In this document: positions 46,763-61,700 of the stretch, in pieces
Numbering within the stretch: the first letter of the stretch is position 1
Layout of the letters: every line of letters begins with the position of its first letter
Source: Clostridiales bacterium
GTDB taxonomy: Bacteria > Bacillota > Clostridia > Christensenellales > DTU072
Direction: 5' to 3'
Length of the DNA: 64,000 bases
NCBI GenBank assembly: GCA_012841525.1
Contig: DUUO01000032.1
Coordinates: 6,166 to 70,165 of the forward strand
Program-made: the position numbers and the translations under genes
The notes under the pieces: model-generated
Databases searched by the model: none
What the model was told of the DNA's origin: nothing
Seen by the model: the letters and a program-made list of their open reading frames with translations, nothing else

Positions 46763-49700
46763 ATGTTTGCAAAATCTAAAATTAATAATAAATTTAAAAA
46801 TCGTTTTATTTTTGCAACGCTTGTTGTTTTCTTATTTTTTATTGTTTTAGCATCTTTTAATTTTCAACACATCACAAATAATTTCAACTTTGGTAAAAAT
46901 ATTGTTGCAGAAGCCGCTGGTGGTGCAAATGGAACTGGAAGAAATTCGGCAGTATTTTACGAGTTTACTACCGCTAATTTAGGGAACATGATTGAATTTT
47001 TCCCTAAAAATGGGTTCGGTGAGAATGAAGTTAATAAAGTCGGTTATATCAGTAGTGCACCTACGCATGATGAAGATTTAAGTTTTATGCCTTTTGTGGA
47101 TCCAAATGTAATTGGTTATAAAATTGATAGCGGTAAGCAAGATGTATATACTTGGATGAAGTTTAAGTTGAGCCGCGAAATGGTCGCATTACGAAGAATG
47201 GATTCATTGACAATTTCTGTTAAAAGTCATTTTTGGACAACTGGTTATCCTGATGGTGGTTTCCTTGCACTAGGCATTCCTGGTTTAGATCAAGATGATA
47301 TTACATATGAAAATTTTATATTGTCTCAACCTGAAACATTTTTCCAAGTAATGGGCGAGCAATCTACTCTTGGATGGCCAGGTGGAAATACTAAGATATA
47401 TTTAGATACCACGGTTATGTCGTATCTTGGTGATGAAAGTGATGAATATTTTTATCTTTTTGCAAACACTAAAACAAATCATAACCACACTTCTACTCAT
47501 GGACAGTTTGAAATTACATTAAACTTTACATCAGGTAATTCATATAAACTCGCAAACAATGCAATAAGTATTGATGGTAGTCCCATACCACGTGAAAATA
47601 TAGGCGGAGAAATTAAATATAGGTGGAATAATTCAGGAAATTTCGCTACTGTTACAAATACTGGCGAATCTGAAAATCTTTTTTGGTCTCAACATAATGA
47701 CATTTTAAATCTACAAGCAACAAAAGATGTTGAAGGTTATAGATTTTTAGGTTGGGCAATATTTACATCTAAACTGACATTTAAACCAGTAATTGATGTA
47801 CTAGGAATTAATCCTAATGTTGAATCAGATCTTGCATTGCAGAATGTTAAAAACAAAACTCAAGAGGCGCTAGAGGGATTAGCACAATGGATTCCAGGTG
47901 ATGATGATGTAGATAATTTGACAAATAGACTAAATCTTAGAAGAAGCAGTGCAACGGGTTATGTCGTTCCCTTGGAGGGTTCACATATATATGCAATTTA
48001 TGCTCCTGTATATTTCAAGCTAGAGTACAGACCTGGTGAAGCGGGGAATTTTGCTAATGTAATCAAACGTGCACCACCTTTTGCTAGATATAAAACAGGT
48101 TCAACCGATATTTTCCCAGATTCCGATTATGCTTTATTATCATGGGAAGACACGAGCTCTCCTGCAAACAGCTATGCTCCAGAAACTTCCTATGTTTTTC
48201 CAATTGTTCCACAAATAAATACATTTGATGATGGGTATATTACTTCAACGACCACATATGTTTTAATTGCAAAATGGACTTTAGTAGCAGGAGAAGCAGG
48301 TGCTGGTGTTACAGCAACACCATATAGACGAGTTTTTCATGATAGATATGTTGATATGTATTATAGAATTGAATTATCAGGTGGCTTATCTATTGATAAA
48401 GTTTTTGTTAAATTTAATAGTGGCGATTTAAAAAATCAATATATTATGATGGACAAAGATCCAGATCCAAATGAACCTAATGGTTACATTGTTCCATATG
48501 CATCGGGTAGCTTTACCATTTTAGCAAGTGTAACTAAAGAAACTTATAACATTACTTATTATTATCCTTCCTGGAGTTGCTCACCAAGTGATAGTCAAAA
48601 AAAATACATACCAGGAATTGGTTTGAGTTCTGCAGATTTACCTATTCCAACACGTTATGGTTATAAATTTATCGGTTGGCGTCTCAATTCTTATTCTGGT
48701 GAAATTATTAAAACTAATGACCAATTGAAAAATTTGACTGGTGATATATCTCTTTATGCTTATGGTGAAAAAGTAAGTACAAATGCAGTAACCATTTCAG
48801 ATGTGGAAAGTTTTAATAAGTATATGGAATTTTCTATTGATGCAAGTAGCTATGTTTCATATCGAGATCAAAAATATGATTCAGGTTTTGGAGACCATCA
48901 AAATCATGATCACTTTGTTTTAAATGGTCTTAATTATCAGTCCGTGTCAAAAGGCGGTATATATGCAAGTAATGCAAATGAATCTGGAGATGCTATAGGG
49001 CATGGTTGGAAATCAACAAACACAGGTGGCACAGTTTCTATGCGAGGAGATTATTACATATCTTTTGAAGGAACTGCATTGCAATATATTCGTATGGGTG
49101 CAAAAGTCGAAGTTTATGCCACAGCAGACTTAGATGTTGGTTCAGGTAGAAATTCTCATATTACTTCGGGCTACCAAGGTTCTGCTGCGATGCGTTTTGG
49201 AATAAGAAAAGGCCAAACATCAAATAACTCTGATGAAGGAATGTTCAACTGGAATGGAACCATAGATGATTATTCATATAAATCAGATGAAGGTTCATAT
49301 AAAATGACGCCTGAGCTTGCTGTTAAAAGTGCTGGTTGGCACTTGAATAGTAACCATTGGAGGTATGATAATGTAAACGCTGCAAGTGCTGCGACTGATA
49401 CCGATCCGTTAATACTTGATGAAGATTGTGCTGGAGTAACAATAAGTCTTTTTGCAAGATTTTTTGACGAACATTCTTCAGTATGGTATGCCAACTATGC
49501 TAGAGCAAGAAATATGAAGGTATATGTTAGATTTTCAGAAGGGCTTGTTGAAACAAACAAAGTAATTTACAAAGGAAATGGAGGTCAAATTCCATCGACT
49601 GAAATGAATGAATATTCGCAAACTTTTGGAACTACTGTAGATACCCCAAATTATTATTCCACTCAAGCACAACGAAATCGTGTTATTGAAATTAGAAATA

Positions 49701-52700
49701 AAGTTCAAATCAAAGTTGCACCAAATATTTTTGAAAGACAAGGTTATGAGTTTTTAGGTTGGTCAACTTCATCTAGTTCAACATTACCAGATGCTAACTA
49801 TGGAGTAGGATCATATCTAAATACTCAAGGACACACTTATAATGTTTCAAGTTCTGGAGTTATAACAAGAAATAAGGCGCCGATAACTTTATATGCAGTT
49901 TGGCAAAGGATAGGTCGGGTAGTAGCATCTTATGATGTCTTTGTTGGAAATTTAAATGAAGACGGAGGAATTTATTTTAGACCAAGAAACACAAAAGTTA
50001 GGACAGGAGCTTACTATCTTCCTAACAATCCACAAACAGATCAAAATTTTGATTACAAAGGTTTTATCAGAAGTACAAACGCTCCCAGTATTTATCATTT
50101 AAGCCACGATTCATTAATTAAAATTGCAAATACAAATCACGATTATAATGCAATATATAGTTATAAAGATGGTAATGGAGATTCTATTTTGTATCCATAC
50201 ATAAGTGGTATACCAGAAGGCAATACGGAAATTACGCAAAATTTAATTTTTTGTTATATTTGGGAATTGAATGCTCCAAGTGTTGAGGCAACAGATAAAG
50301 AAGTTGTATATGGAACTCAGGTTAATTTGAAGGATTGTTTAAATTTTGCAAGTATTCCAGCATCAGATATCGCAACGCATGCAACATATAAAATTTCAAA
50401 CGGAAAAGATGCAGATGAGGGCACTGGTTGGAAACGCAACAATAATTTAATTACAGATAGTTATAATGGTAATGAATATTACTGGAGAGATCCTATAAAC
50501 AACAGAGGTGTCATCTTCGAGCATATTGAAAGTTCTGCATATAATCCGGCAAATATTTTTCAAGCATCAATATATTATCAAAAAAACATGGGCAATAATA
50601 TTGTTTTGACTAGTGTTAACAATAATGCCATAAATGGTGGTTTACGAGTTTATATTTATCCTATTGTTTTGGAGGTTTCATTAAATACAACAAATGAAAG
50701 AACATATGACGGAACTGCACAAAATCCTTATTTTGATATCGAAGTAAAATCTGAAAATCAAGTTGTTGCGCCAAATGCTAGCATTAGTAATGTGTATGCA
50801 AATGAGTTAGAAAATATTAATAATAACTTTAACCATTTAGATAAAGGCTTGAAATTCATCATATCCTATAAATATAAGAACTTTATTGATTCAGAATCTG
50901 AAATTTTTGATTCTGGAGTAAAAGAATTCAAAAATGCTGGTACATATACTATTAATTCTTTGAAGCCAATCTATGATCAAACAGATCAACATTTGGAAAT
51001 CAATAACTATAACTACGTCTTCAAAGTTGTAGGCGATAATCAGTCTGCAAACAGTATATATAATGTAAATCCTATGCATAATTTAACATTTGCAAGAGAC
51101 TTAAAAGACACAACTGAAGTTGATATGCAATCAAAAAATTTAGATGTAGTTTTGTTATATACTAAGAAAGCATACGGTACTACGGCATTTGAAAACACGA
51201 AAGAGATTGTAAATGAAATATCTGCTCTTTTAGAACTTTCTCAAGAAACAAGTCACTGGTTAATGTTTTTAGACGGAATAACTCAAGCAGATTTACAATC
51301 ATCAAATACTGTTGATGCATTGAAAGTGTTATTAGTAAGACAAGGATATGATGCTTCTGCAAATGAAACAAGTTGGCTAAGTGCACCAGCAGATGATACT
51401 GATCCCGTTAAAGATTATAATGGGAATATTTTGTATTATGAAATTGCTCTAAGAGCAAATAAACTATTAAAAGAAACATATTTAAGTGATGCATCTGATC
51501 CATATAATGCAGTTTATAAAGCACTAGCAAACAATTATAATTTTTCAGCAGGCTCACTTGATTATTCGGATTATTTAGTAGAGGAATATGCTGAATTAAA
51601 AGAAATCCTTAATTTTTATAATATTTTTGCAGATCAAAATACAGAAAAGAAGGAAATTAATTATAGGGGAACAAATGAACAATGCTTTGTTGGAGTATAT
51701 GATAAAAACGCAGAAGGAGAAGGATCACAAAAAGGTGTTTGGCTTGAGATTTCACAACTAGAAATCAATATAAATTGGACTACACCAGATTTAACATATA
51801 ATGGTTTAGCACAAGGTAAAACAGGTACAATTACGGGGATATTGCCAAATAATGAAGTGGATTTTTATGTTGAAAATGCAAATGGTAATATTTCCCTAGG
51901 TACAATCTCTGGTAGTGGAACACCACAAATTACTAATTTAACTAGTGTTGATGCTGGTTCATATTATGCAAAAATAGCAATTGCAAACAATAACTATGTC
52001 TTAGCAAATGGCGATGAGGTAGAGTGGACAATTAAAAAAGCACAAATTAACTTTGTTTCCACATCTGGATATGTAACAGGCGGTTCATATAACTCAGATG
52101 GTGAATTATTATCTGGAGATTTTTCTCAAAAATCTTTTACAACTGATAACATTTATGAGGCTAGCAAAGATTACGGATATAAATGGGATATATCAGGAAT
52201 TATGCAAGGAGACAGCGTATCGTTCCAAATTGCAAGATATAACAACACCTCTTTTTCACATGACGGTAATGAAGCTTTCCCACCAGGTATTAGTGGAAAT
52301 ATAAAGGTTATGACTAGTTATTTGACTGGACAGAATTGCGTTGATGATAATCCTACATTAACATTGACAAATTTAAATGGAGGTTCAACTTTAACACGCT
52401 ATTTCTTAGCGCATAATGTTGGAAGTTATTACTTTAGAATTGCAGGAAGTATATCAGATATGAAAAATCCTTCAAGTACTGCAAAATATACAAAGTCTGC
52501 TCCAATAGGAAAAGAAATTGATGGAGAATTTTTAGAAAGTGATTGGAGAAATTATTACATAGGCCAATATACCAATGATTATACTGAACATAGTTTCATG
52601 ATAACCAAGAGAGCTTTAAGCTTAAGTTGGCAAGATGTAGAAGAAAAAACATATAATGGAGATTATCAAGAAATTCTTGCTTTTTATGTTTTAGGACTTC

Positions 52701-55700
52701 AAGGACTTGATGAAGTTAAATTAAAATTAAGATTTCCTGAAGGAATGCAAATGGTTGAGGAAGAGACCGAAGATCATGTTGTCGAAGATCCAACAACAGT
52801 TATTCCTCCTAATTTAACAAAAGATTATGAAATGAATAAAAACATATTGTCATCTAGTCTATATTCAATTAGGGCAAAAGATGCAAAAACATATGGTATT
52901 GCCGTTTTACAATTAGAGGGAAAACATAAAGATAATTATGACTTTTTGACGGCACAAAAAGAGGCTACAATACTTAAAAAGATGCTTTTATTTGAATGGA
53001 GTGATGAATTTAATGATAAAGATAATGGTAGATATGTATATGAGAAAGGCTACATAGGGCCAAAGCTAGAAATTTCAAATATTCAAAGTCAAAATAATGT
53101 GTTAGACTCCATTAAACTTTATATAAACTTGCCAACTGGCATAAAGTTCCAAACTCAAATCAGAGATTCTGATACTAATCAATTTGTAAATACTGATATA
53201 ATTACTCCTTCACCTACAAATTCACCAATAGACTATGAGACATTAGTCAGTATGACAAATTCAACAAATGATAGTTTTTATAGGTTTTTAGCAAGAGATG
53301 CTCTAGCAAATGCTGGTTCATATAAAGCAACAATTGTTCAAATTTCTGGAGAACATGCATCTAATTATACTCTTGCTAATGTTGAAAATCTTTCAAAGGA
53401 ATTTATTATTTATCCAAAACCCATTACCTTAAATGCAACTAGCGAGACTAATTTTACATATAATGGACAAAGTCAAGGAGTAACTATTACTGCATCAGCA
53501 GGTGATATATATTCTGGTGATGTAGTAACTTTTGTTGTTCCATCACAAGGGGCAGGATCTAATCAATATGATTATTCCGGAAACAATGTTTCAAAGCCAG
53601 ACTATATTCCAGGTGCAAATAGTCATATGTTTAAGGCTGTATATGTTGCTAATTATAGAGTAGTGATTTATGGTTCTCAAAATAATAATTATTTCATCAA
53701 ATTGACAGATGATACCATAGTAAGTTCAACAAATCCATATACATTAGATTTTCGAATCAACAAATTAAAAGTTGGTTTGACTTGGGGAGTTTTATTGTTT
53801 ACCTATAATGGAAATATTCATACATTAAGTCTTCCCACAATAAACAATAAAATTACAGGCGAAGATGTAAATTTAAGTTGGAATGATGGCGTAGGTTATA
53901 CTCATGCTGAAAAAAATAAGGGTAACTATGTTGCAAGAATTTCAAATAGTTTAACAGGAACGCATGCAGATAACTATACTTTGGAAGGTGTTATTTTGAC
54001 CAAAAATTGGGAAATTGTACCAAAATTATTAACATTCACATTTAATTTGCCAGATCCTACACCAATATATTCTAAAAACTTCATAGAGTCTGCAAGTTTG
54101 GGTATTAACGGAATTTGTGCTGGGGATAATGTTAAATTGAAAATCAATGCAACTGCTGGTATAAAGATGCAATATAATAATGTAGATTACTTCAATCCAG
54201 CGATTACGTCAAATGGCTTTAATGTGACCACACCACTTGTAACCGCTGATGTAGTATATAAACTACTTGCGCAAAATGCAGGAAGTTACAATATAACAAT
54301 TGATGCAAATTCTATCCAAGGAGATTCGGCAGAAAACTATAAAATTGATGTAACTTATGCAAAAACATTTTCAATTAATAAAAAGGTCGTATCAATTAAT
54401 GCATGGTATGTAGGAGATTTTGTTTACGGCTCCAATACAAATGTAATATATAACAGTGCCCATAACCAATTTACATATGACAATACTAATAAAAAAGTAA
54501 CAGCAGGTTATACGATTGCTAACTCGGGTGTGATACTTCCTAATGATGGAAAAGTATATTATGGAGATAATTTGAGTCTTTCTTATACACCATCAGAGGG
54601 ATATCAATTAAATATCCAAAAAAATGCAGGCACATACAACTCAATAGTTCAAACCACAAACATAAACTATAAACTTAAAGAGGAAAAATTAACGCTTGAA
54701 TGGAAAATTAATCAAGCAACAGTTAACATTCAATTTATTGAAAAAGTAAATAGAAAAATTTCAGACTTTAATTATACATATTCTGGTGCAGAGCAAGGCT
54801 TGTATATAAAATTTACGGGTATTGCATCTGAAGATTATATTAAAGCGACGGTTGAAAAAGTAGGGAATTTTAGCGTATCAGGAGTTTTAACTGGAGAAAC
54901 TGAAATTGAAAATAATGTTAGTTATGAATTTTCTGCAAAACATGTAAATTATGATACTGTTAATAATGTGGTAATACCATATGTTGTTAAAATTACTCAA
55001 GTTTTTGATTCAAAAGGTCATACTGGCGTTAATTCTAATTATAAATTTACTGTTAATTTCCCAGTTAATAAAGAATTTACAATAAATCCCGTTGTTTTAG
55101 ATTTTACATGGGGGGCTGATGAAATTACTTACACAGGAAGCGAAATAGAGTATCCATTGCCTACAATCACTAATTTGGTCCCAGCAGATCAATCTAGAAT
55201 TTATTTAATTAAAAATGAAACTCTTTCATCTCCTAATTTATGGAAGGCAACTGCTGTAGGTACATATTATGCACATTTATCAGAAAATGTTGGTGTAATT
55301 GGTAGCAATGGATTATATGACTATGTAATGCCAACCGAATCAGATCCTAACTTTAATAAAATGGTAAAAGAGTGGAGAATTGTAAAGCGCATTATTGAAA
55401 TTTCACAATTTGAATCATTTGAGTTGACATATAATCAAACATTCCAGATTGCAAAGATATTAAAAATTACAGGATTACAAAATGCAAACGATGATATTAA
55501 AATAAAGTTTAGATTATCTGCTAATTTGAAAGTAAATAATTATAGTGCAGAAGATCAAGAAATTGGTGCATCTATAATAGGTGCTGATGATTATGTAACA
55601 CCTTCACTAAATAATTATGTAATGATATCTTCTCTTACTGCCGATGCAACAACAATTGCAGGACAACTGATAGCAGTGCAAGCAAAATATGGACAAGTAG

Positions 55701-58700
55701 CGCCATATCAAGTGTCAGCATTAAGTTTAGAAAGTGAGGATGAGGCTGCTGCAAACTATGAATTAAGTCAAGTATCTTTTAATTTCAATGTTGCTCAAAA
55801 AACTATCAATGTAGTAGATTGGTATATTGATGATGTTGGACAGACAAAATATACATCCTCTTCATTTGTTTATGATGGCAGTTCAAAATCAGTTTATCCT
55901 AAAGGTCCTAATGGTTCTAATTTAGATTTTATAGCTGGTGATAATGTTTCAATTATTTATGCTGGACATTCAAATTCACAAATAAATGCAGGAACATATA
56001 CAACAACAATTACTTTAGGCAGCGATTTGATTAGTGCAAGTTATAAACTAGAAGGAAATACTACATTAACTAATTGGATTATTGCAAAAAGGCAAATTTT
56101 ATTAAGTTGGAGTGGAGATGCATCTACAACATGGCAAACTGAAGAAATGATTTTAGTTACAACATATGATAGTAATGATCACCATATATTTGCAAATATT
56201 TTAAATAAAATTGCAACAGATGATGTCAGTTTTGTTTATAACACTAATGCTACTAATAAAGATGTTTCAACTACACCATATTCTAGAACAATTACTGGCC
56301 TTAGTGGTTCTAAAAAAGATAACTATACTTTAGATGGAGTTGATAATCTAACCAAACAATGGAAGATTTTACAAAGAACAATAAAATTTGTTTGGGATCC
56401 AAATCAAACTATGACATATAATGGAGATTATCAAGGTGTAAAACTAAATATTGAAAACATTGCAGGTAACGATGTTTTATCATTTATGTTTGATGCAACT
56501 GATAAAGTTAGAGGGACAAGTGTATCCAATTGTTATGTTTCAACTGATGATGCTAATGACACCATAAGTGTTACTAACACTGGCGTAGTTTTAAGTGTCA
56601 ACTTTGAGGCAAAAGATTATGGTGCATATACTGTATCAATCAACGAAAATACAGGAATCACTGGAGTTAAAGCAGGAAACTATAATTTAACTGGACAAGT
56701 GCTTTCAAAAACTTGGACAATAGGAAAAAAACAAATTACATTTGATGTTACATCTGAAAGTCCATTTACATATTTTGCACAAAATGAACAAGGTATTTTG
56801 GTCAAAGTAAATGGTATTGTTTCAGGAGATAATATAGTTTTAGAGACAAGCACAGCAGGTGGTGCTTTAACTACAAATGAATTAAATGATGTAGTAGTAA
56901 ATTCAACAACAAATTATAACTTAAAGGCTATAAATGCTGGCACATATGATACTGTTGTTAATGCAATTTCTGGCTCTTCTGCTAATAACTATCAAATTCC
57001 AGTTGCATTACCATCTAGGACATTTTCATTTGTTATTAACAAAAAGCTTATAGAAATTATTGATTGGTACGTTGGAGACTTTAATCCAGATGGCGGAAGT
57101 GTTTTATATAATTCAAACTCATTTGTTTATGATGGAACAAGTAAAAAGGTAACAGCAGGATTTAATATTGGTGCAGAAAGTGCAAATGATAAAAAAGTTT
57201 ATGACAGTGATAAATACACCATTTCATTGCTATATAACACTGGTGAAAACCCAAATATTCAAATTAATTCGGGTACATATAATACAAAAGTTAATTTAGC
57301 AAATAGTATACCAAGTGCAAACTATACTTTATCTTCCACAGATCCAAAATTAACATTGTCATGGCTTATTTCTCAAAGAGTTATTGATTTAACTTGGCCT
57401 TCGACTTTATTGTTTGTTTATGATGGAAATCAAAAAAATATCAATGCAACTATATCTAACATAGTATCTGGCGATACGGTAGGCCTTGTTTATCAAAATA
57501 CTGGAACAACTGAAATAGGTGGAGAGACTTATACATATACAAACTCTGCTATTAATTCAGGTAAATATATTTCTAAAGTTATAGAGTTAGTTAACAATAC
57601 AAACTCAAATTACAGATTACCTTTAGAAAGTGAAGCAGCACTTTATGAAAAACTATCAAAGCAATGGGAAATTACTAAACGAGAAATTTTGATAAGTTGG
57701 AGTGGTGCAGATTCGTTTGAATATAATGCAAATTGGCAAGGTACAGAGTTATCTGCTTCAAACTTTATAGCATCAGAAAGCATAGCATTGATGCTAGATA
57801 TAACTAGTGAAAATCCTGTCAATGTAACTTCAACAAATGCTTCCGTTAGTGGTAGCAAACCTAATTTTGTGCTCACATCAGAACAATTATCACTTAATGC
57901 AAATATAGAGGGCAAAAATGCTGGTACTTTTCAAGCAGATCTTAGACTGGCTGATTCATATACTAAAAACTATGTTTTAACTGGAAATCTTCAAAAGATC
58001 TTCAATATTACTAAAAAGATTATTTCTCTAGCATGGTCTGGTCCAAATTCGTTTATATACAACACTGAAAATCAAGGTGTTTCTTTAACCGTTTCAGGAA
58101 TTTTAGGAAGCGACGCTAATTTAGTGGAATTTATGCTAACAATTGTTGGCCAAATTTCTTTAATTGGCGCAGGCATTATTACAACTGGTCAAAGAAAACT
58201 AAAAAATGGTGTTCATAATTTTGTTGCAAAAGATGCAGGGGTATATTCTGTTAAAGTTGGAGAAAATCTTTTGGGTGAAAGTGGTGCTAATTATACTTTA
58301 ACAATATCTCCAACTGATACTTGTCAATTTGTAATTGCTAAGAAAAATATAACCATTCCAAATTGGTATATCTCCACATATACATTAGGTGGAAGCAATA
58401 CTAAATACACCAATTCTTCATTTACATATGATGGTAGTGCAAAAACAGTTGTTCCAGGATATTTAGGTGGGGCAACTCTAGCCAATGATGGAAGGTTTTA
58501 TACTTCTGATTTAAGTGAAAATATGTCCGATGCCTTCGAATTTAATGAAGCTTCAGATTCTAACACTCAAATCAATGCAGCTTCATATACAACCGAAGCA
58601 AGGCTTTCTGAAAGCTCACCTCTAAATACAAATTACTTAATAACTGCAGGAGCGGTATTAAATTGGTTGATAAGTCAAAAAACTATTACTGTATCATTTA

Positions 58701-61700
58701 CTGGTAGTTCAATATTTACATACAATGGACAAAATCAAGGAATTGCTGCAGTAGTTAATGGAATTGTTGAAACTGAACAAGTTAAATTAACTACAGTAAC
58801 TAATGTTGAAACAAAAGGATTTGATTCAACAATTTCAATATCAAATGGAACATATAACTTCCATAGTAAAAATGCTGGCAATTACAGTGTATCGATAACT
58901 GGCGTTGATAATGCAAATTATAAATTAGAAAATCCTCCAATTATTACTGACTTTACTATTTCAAAATTAACTATTCAATTATCTTGGGGCAATACAACAT
59001 TTGAATATAATGCATTCGAACAAGGGCCAAGTATACCTACAATTTCAAATTTGATTGCTAATGATACTGTTTCGTTAAGTTGGGATGATAATACAACTTA
59101 TACTCATTTAGAGACAAATAAAGGAAATTATGTTGCAAAAATTTCAGAAGAACTATCTGGGACAAGCTCTGAAAACTATACATTATATGGTGTTACATTA
59201 ACTAAAGATTGGAAGATTGTAGCAAAGAAAATTACATTTACATTTACTTCAGAAAACTTAACATATTCAGGTAATTTTGCTCAAATAGGAACAATGGAAG
59301 TTGTTGGTGTATATGCAAGTGATACCGTGAAAATAAATGCAAATGTTTCACCAGGTGTAAAATTGCAATATAACTTAGATGATTATTTTGATGTTGCAAA
59401 TGGAACGAGTCCTGGTGGCTTAGTTCCTACTACAGGTTTGCACTCTGGTGTTACATATGGAATTTTTGTAAAAGATGCAGGCTCATATAATTTTGTTATC
59501 AATACAAATGCTTTGCTTGAAAGCCATCCAACAAATAATAATTATGAAATTGCAACCACATATTCACAAACCTTTACGATGCAAAGAAGAGAGTTAAGCA
59601 TAACATTTAGTGAATATTATCAAACATATTTATCAGCATATAGTTATGAATATTCTGCAAATTACCAAGGTGTTAGAGCAGAAATTTCAAACATTGTTTC
59701 TGGTGAGGAAATTTATATACATTTTAATGTAACTGGTGGATCACCAATTAAAATCTATACAGATTATAGTTCAAATAATTTCGCAAATGATTTAGGAAAT
59801 GTTTCAAATGTTCAAACAAATGGTAATGCTAATTTTGATGTTGGATTTACCGCGGTTAATTATGGAAATTATACGGCATCAATTACACATATAATCGATA
59901 CAAATGGTGTTTCTAGTGTAACTGGTGGAAACTATAGTTTGCCTACAACAAAATCTCAAAGCTTTAATATTGAAAAGAAAACCCTAACAATTAATTGGCA
60001 AACAACAACAACTTATGTATATGACAAAACAGTAAAATCTGTTGTAGCAACTGCTGGTGGATTAATTAGTCCTGATGTTGCATCGTTTGTATATGATGAA
60101 ACTAATGAACTTCAAGATGGAAGAAATCTTCAGTCTTCGGCTATAAATTATGGATTATATCGTTCACTTATTATAGGTCTTACTGCTGAATCAAACATTA
60201 ACTACAAATTACCAACAATTAATTTATCAAAAGATTGGCAGATTGATCAAAAGGTTGTTGATATAATTTGGCCATCAACTTTATCTTTCGTTTATGATGG
60301 AACTTCAAAGAGTGTAAATGGGACCGTTTCTAACATAATATCTGGTGATAATATAAGTTTAGTTTATCAAGACGAAGGATCAATAGATATTGGTGGAGTA
60401 ACATATTTGTATAACAATGTTGCAATTCCTGCAGGAAAATATATTTCAAAAGTTATAGCACTAGATAATAATGAAAATTCAAACTATAGATTGCCTTTAG
60501 AAAGTGAAACGGTGCTTTATGAAAAACTATCAAAGCAATGGGAAATCACAAAACGTCAAATAAATATAAGCTTTAGTGGTAGTTCAAACTTTACATATAA
60601 TGGTCAAAATCAAGGAATTGATATTGTATTTTCAAATCTTGTTGCAAATGATTGTGCTGACAATACACTTCAAATAACTATTAATGTATCTGATGGGGTA
60701 AATTTAATCAATATACCAATTGAAACGTCGGGCAATTCTAATAATTTTACTTATCAAGTAAGAGAAATCGATGCAGCAACATATAATATATCATTTGTTT
60801 CTATGGAAAATACAAATTATGTTATTGATCTAACTCAACAAGCATCATTTACCATTTCTAAAAAAGTTTTGACATTAGATTTTGAAGAATTGTTTACACC
60901 TGGAATGAAAAAAGGCAGTTATGAATATACCTACTCAAAAGGTGAACAAGGAATAAGTTTTTCATTAAATGGTATTCTAAAACGAGGGGCATCTTTAGAG
61001 TATGAGGATGTTACACTAAATGCAAGTAGCAACACTCCAGTTTCAAATAGTACATTTAACAATACTTTTGAAGGAGCAAAAACAGACACTATTAGCGGAA
61101 GTTTAACTGCCATAAATGTAATTGATGGTCAATATCTTGCTAATTTTTATATTAATCATAAAAACTATACACTAGACAATTTAACAAACTCAATATCTTG
61201 GAAAATTGCTAAAAAGGAAATTGATATTAAAATATTAACTTTAGAAGATGCTGATTATACCGACACTTCTTTCTATTACGATGGCACAACAAAAGGTATA
61301 AAAGCTATTCCTCAATATAGCGAAGTAGACGTAAATACCAGCAATCCTGGTGTTTACTTTGGAGACAATGTAAACTTTGTATATGCTGGCACGCGTCAAG
61401 CAATTAATGCAAACACATACAATGCTACTGTCAATATGGCCTCTTCACTTCCATCTTCAAATTACTATGTAAACCAAAATGTAATATGGAAGATAAATCA
61501 AAAAGCTGCAATTATTTCTTGGGTTGGTAAAAATAATTTAGCAGACTGGTCATATGCTGATATGCCAAAAGTTATCTATGATGGCACACCTCACAATATT
61601 ATTGCAGTTGTTTCAAATGCAATCGCAGGCGATAGCTTTACATTCACATATACAGGCAGCGAAGATCAAGTTAATGTGAACTTAGATGGAAATCCATATT

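Noticed and set aside
48597-48604. A8 tract inside the giant ORF (agt caa aaa aaa tac) and the T7-T8 tracts upstream, considered as slipped-strand phase-variation switches.
   Set aside because: Homopolymers of this length are common throughout this AT-rich window, including within housekeeping genes. None lies between the -35 and -10 boxes or right after the start codon. There is no evidence of length heterogeneity from a single sequence.
52098-52304. The only + strand track ORF inside the giant-gene region (68 aa, frame 3).
   Set aside because: It lies in a different frame from the 17-kb open frame, has no SD and no recognisable motif. It is a chance ORF within the giant CDS.
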